This document shows positions 52,311 through 64,000 of a stretch of DNA of 64,000 nt, one piece after another. The stretch comes from Octopus sinensis. Its lineage: Eukaryota. The translations under genes and the position numbers were made by a program. The notes beneath the pieces were generated by a model. That model made no database searches. It saw nothing but the letters and a program-made list of their open reading frames with translations, and was not told the origin of the DNA. Position 1 is the first letter of the stretch. Every line of letters starts with the position of its first letter. The stretch is taken from the NCBI RefSeq assembly GCF_006345805.1, contig NC_042998.1, positions 64,914,001-64,978,000 on the forward strand, written 5' to 3'.

Positions 52311-52657
52311 TAATTTAATTTCTCCTTTGTCGAAAGACACTAGTTGTTAATGTCCTTTATCTGCATTTGTACTTGTGTACCATTCTCCGTTTTTTTCCGA
52401 CCTTCTTTTCATATACATTCGCTGCTTTCTTCCAAGGAATCTAGTGATCTTAGCTTAGTTGTTCTTGTGCTATGGCCAGATTGTAGAATAACTACCCGAA
52501 ATTGCAAAGATAATCTAGAATTCGACTGTAGAAACAAAACTGCGCATGACACCTCCTTGTGTGTTTTTGCATCGTCTATGTGGATGTTTTGAGTTCTTGT
52601 ACCATTTTGGGTATTCCTTTATGTATGTATATATATATATAATATATATATAATATA

Positions 52658-52718
<61 letters not shown>

Positions 52719-52726
52719 TATATATC

Positions 52727-52758
<32 letters not shown>

Positions 52759-52807
52759 CATATATACATACATAAAGGAATACCCAAAATGTACAAGAAC
52801 GCAAAAC

Positions 52808-52838
<31 letters not shown>

Positions 52839-53172
52839 CTTCGATTAAAGGTTGTGTTAACCTCATAAAGGGATGGTTTCATCCAAGGAAATACTTGTTC
52901 ACTACCTAGTTTTTTAATTAATTAATTTCCTTAGGTATACGTATACCAACATTGTTTAGTTTCATATAAAAGAAGAAAAAGTAAATGAAGATTGAGGAGA
53001 CAATAATTGTTTATTATTAACAGTAAAGTAATCATCTTCCCTTACAGCTGTTTCAATAAATTCTCAGAAAATATTAAGTAAGTATTAAATTTATATCTCA
53101 GCATTAGGAATAAATGTAAGGGATTATGATTAATCGGCTGTTAATAATAATCAATTATTAACTTCCCAATCT

Positions 53173-53254
<82 letters not shown>

Positions 53255-53259
53255 TTATT

Positions 53260-53290
<31 letters not shown>

Positions 53291-53378
53291 ATGTGTGTGT
53301 GTGTGCGTGTGTATAATTTTGATGCAATTAGATGAGATAATTATTCACAGACATCCATAATGCAAACTACATACACAT

Positions 53379-53409
<31 letters not shown>

Positions 53410-53739
53410 GCGTGTGTGCGCGAGTGTGTGTGAGTGCGTGATGCCAGTGTTGAGATATCCCCTTCGTTTTCTAAAGTAGACGTACCAGCAGAGATACAGG
53501 TATTCGGGGAGCAGAAATCGGATGCTGCTCGCAATGCACGGTGCGCACAACTCCAAAATAATATCGACATACTCAACCTGCGAAAAGAATAAAAAGAAAT
53601 AGCTGTTTGTGAAACACAGGAGCTACTATTAGTATTACTATACTGGGTTTGAAAAACAATATTCTGCGCGGTATAGATAGAATAATGTCTGCGTTTTGTC
53701 ACTGAAACAGTGGGGAGATTCAAGAAGAGTGGGAATACC

Positions 53740-53890
53740 AACAGATACGGTAGCTGGAAATGGAGAATTTATACCAATTTATGCAACAAAGGCAATGTTG
53801 GAAGTAAAGAAAACTGGTTATGGGTGATGGCTGGGGAATTGAAACGACAAGTGATTCTCTAATTATAGCTGCTCAGGAACAAGCTATTAA
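53740..53890 (+). pseudogene. Old internal R4/Dong fragment
   Basis: ENWLWVMAGELKR..DSLIIAAQEQAI matches the R4-clade W..G.LK.E.E..I.AAQEQ motif upstream of the zinc knuckle. Confidence 0.65.
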
Positions 53891-54689
53891 AATGACCGAA
53901 CATATTGATGCAATTACAGGACATAATTATTCACAGACATCCATACGAGAACAATAACGAACAATCTATGAACATCGATGTCAAATGACATATAATAATC
54001 AACCAGAGAAATGAAGATGTGGAAAACGGACAATTGACCTCTGATAATTTATGAAGTTGGCAAAATAGTCAGATTGCTAGTTAAGAGGCTGACGTATATT
54101 AGAAATGAGATTTCCATTGCCTAACAGCATGTCATCCTGTATTCCTTCGTATATTTTGGACGAACATCATTTGAGATTCGAACAGACTTGTACACAAAAT
54201 TCAAGATTATTCGAATAGCAACATCAACAACAATGACAGCATCAATAGCAACAATAACAATGACGACACTACGACAAAGACGACGACGATGAGGAGGAGG
54301 ATTACTTTCATTGACCACAAAGATACATGATATTGAGGACAACATTAAAAAACGGAATACGAACACAAAATAGTGGGGTTCGTAGTAGCAGCTGTTGTTA
54401 TTGTTGGTCTTTATATTTCTTTTATTATCCACAGGGGCACTGATAAGGGGAAACATCATAAAAGCAGACAGCAATTTCTGTGGGCATTTACCTTAAGGAT
54501 GAGGACAAATAAGTGGAAAGGACAGTGAGATACAAAAACAGAATACCTAATATACAGGAGGACTTCAACTAAGGTCAATCAAGGAACCCCCCTTCCAGGA
54601 TTACCATGACAGACAAAGGCATGGGCCTTCTCTTCTGCTCTCCGATCTACAGGCAAATACTTAAGAGTAGAGCCATTCACTCCAAACCT

Positions 54690-55060
54690 TTTTGCCACAC
54701 CACACATCGTATCTCAAATTACGTGGGCTGTAGTTCTTCCTTTTCCAACCCCAGTTTGCTCCTCTCAGAGCCGTTTCTTATCTCACTCTCGATCTGTCAA
54801 GGGTATAATCTCTCGTCCCTTCTATACTTTCTGGTGCTCGAGCCTTTACTGTAGATGCTAGAGATATTGATGGGCACCCTCCTCGAAATGGAATGCGGCA
54901 GAGCTGCGTTCGTGTGCGTGGATGACATCACAGTCATGGTGTCAGAAACTGTGGAAGTTCTCTTAGTCCAATCCATTTTAAAGAAATATGAGGTGATGGC
55001 AGGAACTGGAGAGGGAAGATTATGCCTACGAACAGCGTGGCAGGTTCATGAGAACTTTAC
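54690..55060 (+). pseudogene. Tx1/L1-clade RT fragment
   Basis: LSEPFLISLSICQGYNLSSLLYFLVLEPLL*..VCVDDITVMV..LKKYE corresponds to the RQGCPLSP and YADD regions. Confidence 0.8.
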
Positions 55061-55169
55061 CGAGAAGAAAGGTGTCTTTCCTCTATCTTTGCAGCCTCGT
55101 CCATCGTATTACCTCTTCTGTTATAGACAACAGACAGGAACACTGCCAAACTTGCTTCGTTAAAAATGA

Positions 55170-56590
55170 GTGGTGAACGTTCTTCACAATAGATTCGAAC
55201 GATAGCCGGAATCGGCGCACATGCGATAATGGATGTTCAACATTTCACCACAAGCAAAACTCGAACACTGCACGTGCGCAGGCAAACCTGTTTCGTCGCA
55301 TAATACTGACAGAGAGAGTGATTTTTGGAAGTTATCTATGGTAGTACCGGAGCCGAAATCCCTCCGATATAGACTAGCTTCTTTGATGTCTAGAATTTCG
55401 ATGAGGACATCATCGAACTTTCCCGACACTATACTCCTGTATATTGCTACCATAGTACCTACACTGAGCATATTGCCCGACTCACAGCGCATGACGATAT
55501 TCCAGATGCCGAGTGCCTAATCTTGTTCTTTCCTTGACCCAGTGTTGCAACTCCGTGAAAACCGTGGTAAACAGAGACCACATCAGCTCAACATCCTTGA
55601 AATCTGTTTGAGACGTAGCCGTGACGTGAATCTGTGCATTAGTAGCCATGACATGCCAGACCGACATTCAGAGTGTGCGGGCAACAGACGGACCTGATAA
55701 TTGGAAGGCATCCTTTTCGCAGAAAGAGGGACAGTTAATGCACCTTTCCTGGCAAATGTGAACTGGAACAAAGTACAACGGCCATGTGATAAGTTATTAA
55801 ATAAGACATGTGCGCATTTGTCATCTCTGCTCAGCCTTTCAGGAATAATTTCCACTCAGTCTATTTCTGACTGACTGACCACCATGCTTATAACGTCATT
55901 CAAGTTCTTTTCCACCTGGAGGTCAGAGCCAAACAGAGAAATTCATTGATCCATATGTCTATGGACCTAATATGCTGTTCGTAAACATAATCTTCCCGTT
56001 CTAGTTCCTGCCATCGCATCGTAATTCTTTAAAATGAAGTGAACTTCCGCGGTTTCTGACACTATGATCGTGATGCCATCCGCGAATACCAGTTCGAGAA
56101 GGGTGCCCATCAATAGTTCTAGCATCTGCAGCAAAGGCTCGAGCACCAGATAGTATAGAAGGGGCGAGAATGATACTCTTCACTTATATGAAACAACTCT
56201 GTGAGGAGGCCGCATATTCTTACTACTAAGCAAGCACCAGTATGCATAGCTGCGATCTAGCCATTGAAAACGGGTTCGAAAAAGTCTGCATTCAGAACTA
56301 GTGCCAAGGACAGATGGTCGAGCATATCAAAGGATTTCAACTGATCCAAAGATCTTATCGATACCGATACCAGATTTGCTATCCATTTCTTATATGATGT
56401 AACGCATTGGGTGGATGTTATAGTTGATGGATCTATTAGAGATCGCAAACCTATGAGCTTTTGTTATCAAACTGTCCACGAAAAGCAATGAACTCTTTGC
56501 CAACGCCTTGGTTAAAATTTAAACCTCTACATTTACCAGGGTTACGGACAGGATATTGTCTATATTATGCCTTCTGTTGGTGCCTTTCTC
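55170..56590 (-). pseudogene. Tx1/L1-clade ORF2 relic (RT through C-terminal zinc-binding region)
   Basis: ILSVTLVNVEV*ILTKALAK, SLDQLKSFDMLDH, LVLEPLL, KLFLKG*AE, SVCCPH..GMSWLLM and DNFQKSL appear in colinear order, with frameshifts and deletions. Confidence 0.85.
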
Positions 56591-56619
56591 AACAAATTTT
56601 ATACATCTCGACTCTTCTT

Positions 56620-56691
56620 TTCTCCTTTTGCTTCTTCTTCCTCCCCGTCCTCTTCTTCTCCTTCTGCTTCTTTTTACTATTATTGTGGTTG

Positions 56692-56749
<58 letters not shown>

Positions 56750-56990
56750 CATTATTGATGTCGTTGTTGATGTCGTTGTTGATGTTTTTGTTGATGTTGT
56801 TGTTGTTTTTGTTGTTGTTGGTATTATTATTAGTAGTACGAATAGTAGCAGTAATAGCATCATCATCATCCTCATCGTCATCATCACCAGCAGCAGCAGC
56901 AGTAGTAATGGTAGTAGTAGTAGTAGTAGTAGTAGTAATAGTAGTAGCAGCAGCAGCAGCAGCAGTAGTAGCAGCAGCAGCAGCAGTTTC
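56620..56990. repeat. Compound trinucleotide tract (CTT/ATT/GTT/CAT/AGT/AGC)
   Basis: Directly visible; source of the homopolymeric ORFs. Confidence 0.95.
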
Positions 56991-57490
56991 TTTTATAGAG
57001 AGATGAACGTAAGCTTTGTGAGCGATAGTAAAATGCGTAAAAGAAATACGTATTGAAAAAACAATAATAACTGCGAGATGTCTCAAGGCTCGGCTGAAAT
57101 CAATATTCGTGTTGCAAAAATTTGCGATGTGAAATATAATATTTATTGACTAACATTTTAGATGGAAAATATTTTACAAAGGGCATTGTTGGATCAAACC
57201 TATTAGTAACTGTTATATATTTCATATGGTTTAAAAGAAAATTGCAGATTTATATAAATTCTTTATATTTTGTGTCAGCAACACCAAAAGCAACGCCATC
57301 CTTATTGTCTATATACTTTTATTCATATTTGTATCTGTATGCATGTATATATATATCTCCATGTATTTGTATGTATGCACGATCTACCTACCTACCTAAC
57401 TACATAACTACATGCCTGTCTACCTACTTACCCACCAACCTATCTATCTGTCTATCTACTTGTCTATCAATTACCTACTTACCTTCCTGC

Positions 57491-57578
<88 letters not shown>

Positions 57579-57664
57579 TTCTCTATCTATCTATATTTAT
57601 ATTTATTATATTTATATATGTGTATATACGTATACATACATCCCTTATTATATGTATATATATA

Positions 57665-59835
57665 TACTAAGCAATAAGGGTTTAGCAACGAGTTGCCTTA
57701 CCACATACCGAATTTAGAAATAGCAGTCAAAGGGTTATAGCTATTTCTTCTACTAAAAAGGGAGATCTCAGTAAAAACAGCATTTGGAAGGCAGACACAA
57801 ACAGGTAAGAGAGAATGAATTGACTGCAATCTATCATACATTTTTTTAGTTATCCACGGACGTACGTTTCGAAATCAAGTTTTTAGGAAAGCATAAGAAT
57901 TAAATATTAAATATTAAATAATTCTATCTTACCGAAACTTCTTTTCTCTCAGCGTAGAATACTATAATCATAAATGATTATATATGAATTTTGAGATACC
58001 AGAAGGCACCAACTCAACTCAGTATCAGAGCGAGCTAGAATCCGCAACTGGTATCACCGAATTCAATTTGTGAATGAAACGATTGTGTCAACAGCCCCTT
58101 CCCACCCGCGTGTAGCCAAAACAAGATGCTGTGGTCATCTACTGAGATAAAATATGGTTATCCGTAATAATGAAGGGTGAAATTAATTAATTTGGAAAAA
58201 TTATCAATTACACCAAGTAGTCTTCGGCATGTAAAAGCCTCATTCGAGGAAAATTTAAGTAATACTAAGCATAAGGGTTTAGCAACGAGTTGCCTTACCA
58301 CATACCGAATTTAGAAATAGCAGTCAAAGGGTTATAGCTATTTCTTCTACTAAAAAGGGAGATCTCAGTAAAAACAGCATTTGGAAGGCAGACACAAACA
58401 GGTAAGAGAGAATGAATTGACTGCAATCTATCATACATTTTTTTAGTTATCCACGGACGTACGTTTCGAAATCAAGTTTTTAGGAAAGCATAAGAATTAA
58501 ATATTAAATATTAAATAATTCTATCTTACCGAAACTTCTTTTCTCTTCAGCGTAGAATACTATAATCATAAATGATTATATATTGAATTTTGAGATACCA
58601 GAAGCACCAACTCAACTCAGTATCAGAGCGAGCTAGAATCCGCAACTGGTATCACCGAATTCAATTTGTGAATGAAACGATTGTGTCAACAGCCCCTTCC
58701 CACCCGCGTGTAGCCAAAACAAGATGCTGTGGTCATCTACTGAGATAAAATATGGTTATCCGTAATAATGAAGGGTGAAATTAATTAATTTGGAAAAATT
58801 ATCAATTACACCAAGTAGTCTTCGGCATGTAAAAGCCTCATTCGAGGAAAATTTAAGTAATACTAAGCAATAAGGGTTTAGCAACGAGTTGCCTTACCAC
58901 ATACCGAATTTAGAAATAGCAGTCAAAGGGTTATAGCTATTTCTTCTACTAAAAAGGAGATCTCAGTAAAAACAGCATTTGGAAGGCAGACACAAACAGG
59001 TAAGAGAGAATGAATTGACTGCAATCTATCATACATTTTTTTAGTTATCCACGGACGTACGTTTCGAAATCAAGTTTTTAGGAAAGCATAAGAATTAAAT
59101 ATTAAATATTAAATAATTCTATCTTACCGAAACTTCTTTTCTCTTCAGCGTAGAATACTATAATCATAAATGATTATATATTGAATTTTGAGATACCAGA
59201 AGGCACCAACTCAACTCAGTATCAGAGCGAGCTAGAATCCGCAACTGGTATCACCGAATTCAATTTGTGAATGAAACGATTGTGTCAACAGCCCCTTCCC
59301 ACCCGCGTGTAGCCAAAACAAGATGCTGTGGTCATCTACTGAGATAAAATATGGTTATCCGTAATAATGAAGGGTGAAATTAATTAATTTGGAAAAATTA
59401 TCAATTACACCAAGTAGTCTTCGGCATGTAAAAGCCTCATTCGAGGAAAATTTAAGTAATACTAAGCAATAAGGGTTTAGCAACGAGTTGCCTTACCACA
59501 TACCGAATTTAGAAATAGCAGTCAAAGGTTATAGCTATTTCTTCTACTAAAAAGGGAGATCTCAGTAAAAACAGCATTTGGAAGGCAGACACAAACAGGT
59601 AAGAGAGAATGAATTGACTGCAATCTATCATACATTTTTTTAGTTATCCACGGACGTACGTTTCGAAATCAAGTTTTTAGGAAAGCATAAGAATTAAATA
59701 TTAAATATTAAATAATTCTATCTTACCGAAACGTCTTTTCTCTTCAGCGTAGAATACTATAATCATAAATGATTATATATTGAATTTTGAGATACCAGAA
59801 GGCACCAACTCAACTCAGTATCAGAGCGAGCTAGA
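57665..59835. repeat. Tandem array of 3.6 copies of a ~598-bp unit, near-identical, bounded by (TA)n
   Basis: Unit anchor CTAAGC at 57667, 58265, 58863 and 59462; visible differences are mainly 1-bp indels; the last copy is truncated at GAGCTAG (59834). Confidence 0.97.
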
Positions 59836-59900
59836 TATATATATATATATATAAGGGATGTATACGGATATACACATATATAAATATAATAAATATTATA

Positions 59901-61490
59901 TGGAGAAACTTGTTAGACGCAGGTTATATACCGAAAAAGTTTCTATCCCAGTCGGTCATCCCGGTTTTCAAACAGGGAAACAGATCCCTCGCAGTCAACT
60001 ATCGCCCAATCTCACTCACCTCCCACATCATTAAAGTGTTTGAAAGAGTGTTAAGATCAAGGATAGCTGACTTCCTGGAGACCCACAAACTCCTAAATGC
60101 AAATCAGCATTGCTTTCACTGTGGCAGGGACTGTCTAACACAGCTCTTACACCACATTGAAGATGTACTCAAAGCCTTGGGAACAGGTTCGAACTCTGAC
60201 GTCATATATTTGACTTCAGTAAAGCGTTCGACAGGGTAGACCATAACATCCTACTCTCAAAATTGGCAAACGTTGGAATCCGTGGAAAAGTTCTACACTG
60301 GATTAAGTATTTCCTGGCGAATAGAACACAACATGTTGTAGTTGATGGAGTCCACTCAAACCCAGCAAAAGTCACCAGCGGTGTTCCCCAGGGAACTGTT
60401 TTGGGTCCGCTACTCTTCATAATTTATGTAAACGACCTTTCCAGTGTCGTACATCACTGCAAAGTGAAAATATTCGCTGATGACACTAAGCTCCAGCAAA
60501 TCGTCAATGAAGAAGCAGACCGAACTCAACTCCAGTCTGACCTATATGCTGTGAGTCAATGGGCAGACAGAAACAAAATGCAACTGAATGAGCGAAAATT
60601 TGAGCTAATGCATTTTGGAAGAAATTCCTCACTAAAACAACCATACTCTCTTCCTTCATGGGAACCGCTCACAGCCTCTAACAATATCAGAGACCTGGGT
60701 GTAATTGTTGGTGACGATCTCAGTTGGAGTGCACACATCAACAAGAAGGTCGATATAGCTCGTAGGATGAGTTCCTGGATTTTAAGAACTTTCCGGTCCA
60801 GAGAACAAGGTGTCATCATACCACTTTTTTCATCCTTTGTACGGCCACACCTTGAATACTGCTGCCCACTCTGGTCTCCTCACAGAAGACAAAACATCTC
60901 CAGAATTGAGTCACCCCAGAGGGCTCTCACTAAAAAAATTGAAGGCATGGCTGCTCTCGATTATTGGGATCGCCTTAAAGCCTTGAAACTTTACTCCCTC
61001 CAGCATCGCCGTGAGCGGTACATCATTTGTACGATGTGGAAAATATACCGCCAACTTTGCCCAAACGACCTAAACATTAGCTTCAAGGTCCATCCGAGAC
61101 TTGGACCACGGGCTATACGTCCCCTGCCAAATTCAAGATCACAACATACATGTACACTGCAACATAATTTCTTTTCCTCAACAGGCCCTGCCCTATTTAA
61201 CATTGTCCCGAGGGAGATCAAAGAGGAAAAGGATCCCATCAACTTCAAACAGAGTCTGGATAGATTCCTTCAAAGAATACCAGATAAGCCACCCATAATT
61301 GGATACAACTTACCCAACAAGAACTCACTACTTGAACAAACTGGATACAACTCACCCAACAAGAACTCACTACTTGAACAAAACTTGACTTAAACAGGAT
61401 TCGAATAATCCTATCAGGTGGTGCTATTAAGTTAGACATGGCCTGGACCAATCTCTGGTCGAAACATATCTAAGTTTTATCTAAGTTTTA
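59901..61490 (+). mobile_element. 5'-truncated CR1-like LINE (family L-b), ~1.6 kb
   Basis: RT ORF relic plus 3' UTR ending ATCTAAGTTTT x2; ~36-bp tandem duplication near the ORF end (GGATACAACT..CTTGAACAAACT). Confidence 0.92.
59910..61393 (+). pseudogene. CR1-like reverse transcriptase with one 1-bp frameshift near 60210
   Basis: PVFKQG..NYRPISLTS..KVFE, (D)FSKAFDRVDH after the frameshift, SGVPQGTVLGPLLF, FADDTK, DLGV, RPHLEYC, FLQRIPDKP; no APE domain present. Confidence 0.92.
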
Positions 61491-61689
61491 TATATACTCA
61501 CACATTATGATATAGATTTGTGCGTATATATTGGTAAATATTCATATTTACATATGCATACATGAGTATGTATGTGTGTATGTGTGTGTGTGTGGAAAGA
61601 GAAATACAGACAGACAGACAGAGACAGAGAGAAAGACAACATTTAAAACGTAGGAGTTCACAGCCATAATTTCTAGTTTGCCGTTCAGA

Positions 61690-62130
61690 CGAATGGAAAC
61701 ATTTAAACATATATTTCGGATAACATTTCTTCAGGGCAAGCGTGTAGGGCAGAAGAAGCGGTGGAAAGGGGACGTGAAATAAGGAAAGGACGTGTCGTAA
61801 CGGGATTACCAAGGTGAAGCAAGTGTATATATTGGCCGTTAAGTAAAGAAAAGTTACATGGTTGTTCAGAAAATACGATGATGAATGAGAACACGGTTGA
61901 ATAGTGGTAGGAATGCCTCTGTAAATGTTAGTCCGCGTGAGTTTGTGTTCGTGTGTGATGTGAGTGGGTAGGTTTCATATTGTGATTGGTCCGCAGTATG
62001 CCATGTATTTGTGCGTGTGCACGACTGAAGTATCTTGCATGCTTGTTTGCGCGCATGATTTTGCATGTTTATTATTTGTATAGGTTAGTGCGTGTTACAT
62101 TTAAGAATGATGGCAAAATATGTGAAGTGA
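61690..62130 (-). mobile_element. Probable decayed Penelope-like 3' end and terminal repeat
   Basis: ORF end ..TNTNSRGLTF resembles PLE L.T..P.GLN; downstream CTGAAGA..CCGAAATATAT is a degenerate hammerhead-like motif. Confidence 0.4.
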
Positions 62131-62789
62131 AAGTGTGGATTTGCGTATGCAATTTGTTTTGCGGCTGTTGAGTGTAGACGGACATGTTAACTCTTTTGAT
62201 AAGAACCTGCCTCAAACTGCCCTTTGTTCTATGGCACAAAATTCTTGTTTTAATGTGATCCAAGTTAAATTCTACCCTCAATATTTCATGTCAATTTCTG
62301 TTCCAAAAAACAGCTTAATGATAATGGTCATTTTACTAAATCTTTCAATAGTTTCAAAACACATTCAAACAAGAACACTGTATTTCAAATGGAATATGGT
62401 AATAAAAGAGTTAAGGTGCGTATGTAAGTTTTCCATGGAATGCATGATATAGAGGTGTAATATATACATATTTATGGATCATTGGGTGGAAGTCTAGTGG
62501 GAAGCTCATGAGAAAGTGTTGTGCTTTTGAAGAGAAAACAAAATGCAGTTTTCTAAGTTAAAGGTGTTTCATTTCTCGTCACCTTGTTGTACGTTACTAC
62601 TTATCAAACGCTCCTGCTCCTCCAGACACGCGTATTATCAAAATATTCAATGATTTATAAATTAACATTTTTCTATAAACTTCCGTTAATGTGATTTTGT
62701 ACGATTATTCTTTGATAAATCTCTACAGAACTAATGCTAATATATCAGGATGGATCTATACAGTTTTATATTTAAGATGGTTCTGTCTA

Positions 62790-63070
62790 AAATCAAGAAG
62801 CAGCGAAAGAATCTTTGGAAGAATTGGAGAAGCAGAAGAAGGGCAAGAAGCGGTGGATACATATCACTAAAATGATACTAAGAGTGCGTTTGAAGGAGAT
62901 GGAGGATTGGAAGCAAGCAAGAATAACACTGAAATGGAGCTTGAATGGTAAGGTAAAAGGTTGGAACCATAAAAGTTGTTACGTTAACAAGATGGAAGAT
63001 CTACTGAAGTAAATACGACAAGTCGATAAACCATACGGATTACATTCAGATGTCAGAGGGACAAAGATAA
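62790..63070 (+). pseudogene. RTE-like LINE APE-RT linker relic
   Basis: AAKESLEELEKQKKGKKRWI..MEDLLK*IRQ resembles the RTE/BovB linker (EKK.KKAKW..RDLFKKIR). Confidence 0.45.
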
Positions 63071-63478
63071 GAGTGTTTCTAAACTTACTGCTTCATGTAT
63101 ATCTGACTGTGATGTATTCAATGAAAATAAGTCAGTACATTTAATAACATTCAAGAAATGACGACAATATATTTATATCTTCAATAATTTTGTCAGTTCT
63201 CTTCCGGCTGCCAAATAAATTATATGTAAGTGCAAACTGATATATGAGAAATCATCGCCCAGTAAATTTTCGTACATTATTATCGGAAAATATTTGTACT
63301 TATTTTACTCTGTTTCACGTACACTTGTGGTTATTAGTAGATGACATTTTAACAGGGCGTGGGGCGTAATTTAAAAAAAAAGTCATATTACTGCAGTTGG
63401 ACGGCCGCTATACGCTATACTGGGACACTGTCTTGACGAACTTACTCGAATAGATACTCCAATATTTATTCTTTGAAA

Positions 63479-63515
<37 letters not shown>

Positions 63516-64000
63516 AATGAACGTCGGAAGATGGAATATACGACAGTTTATCATTAATCACGGCAATTTTTCTACACATCTAACACCGATTCCTCATGGC
63601 TAGAACACCACTGGTGGTGCAGATGTATCTCGTCGGGTAATACATAATAAATACAACTATTTTAATTAACTGTTCCGCAATGTAACATCCCCTTTTGTAG
63701 AAAGAAAAGCAGCCAGACGTTCGAAATATTTCCATTCATATAGAAGATCAAAAATAAAATCACAGATATCAAAAAGAGAAACGAACACGCAATACAACGG
63801 GAAAAAATATTTTAAATAACCGTTAACAAATATGGATGTTTAACCGCCCTCGGCTAAGCTGCATGTCATGAGTACAGGCGCTCATACCAACATCTACAAA
63901 AATGCGAGTATACGCACCATGAGTATTGGTGCTCTCATGATCACAAAAAGATAGCTACCTACTTGGTGTTTGTAAGAATGGGGAGATTAAAATAAACTTC

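Noticed and set aside
58225-58250. CGAAUGA-GGC-UUUUACAU-GCC-GAAG (minus strand) as a hammerhead
   Set aside because: G5 and A15.1 are not preserved and no stem I/III with an NUH site can be drawn; kept only as a half-motif.
57665-59835. Tandem array as a CRISPR array or rDNA/tRNA cluster
   Set aside because: Units are ~598 bp and identical throughout with no unique spacers; no rRNA or tRNA signature seen.

Overview
AT-rich, repeat-dominated animal intronic/intergenic DNA. The repeat landscape (dense AT/AC/AAT/ATCT microsatellites, tRNA-SINEs, CR1, Tx1, R4/Dong, Penelope-like elements, mariner, Helitron) resembles an octopod cephalopod genome; this is an inference, no database search was run. 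I found no recognisable host protein-coding gene. Most ORF-track entries are microsatellite artefacts, and every interpretable ORF is transposon-derived: an R4/Dong endonuclease (21.4-21.9 kb), Penelope RT (27.7-29.0 kb) and GIY-YIG relics, two Tx1/L1 RT relics (54.7-56.6 kb), a CR1 RT (59.9-61.5 kb) and two deleted mariners. The most interesting signal is non-coding: several small repeat families carry minimal type I hammerhead-ribozyme folds with non-canonical cores. The best is a complete hammerhead with a compensated U3-A8 core at 35453-35494 (-), at the tip of a 138-nt rod inside a 363-bp partial-tandem, retrozyme-like unit. Others are a G3-C8 variant (45.1 and 19.4 kb) and a family with a fixed A6U core (35.1, 29.2, 41.1 kb). 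Also notable: (TAA)n-targeted Dong insertions, a 3' stem-loop shared and covarying between a SINE and two CR1 families, and a very young 3.6 x ~598-bp tandem array. All alignments, folds and translations were done by eye, so repeat boundaries are approximate.
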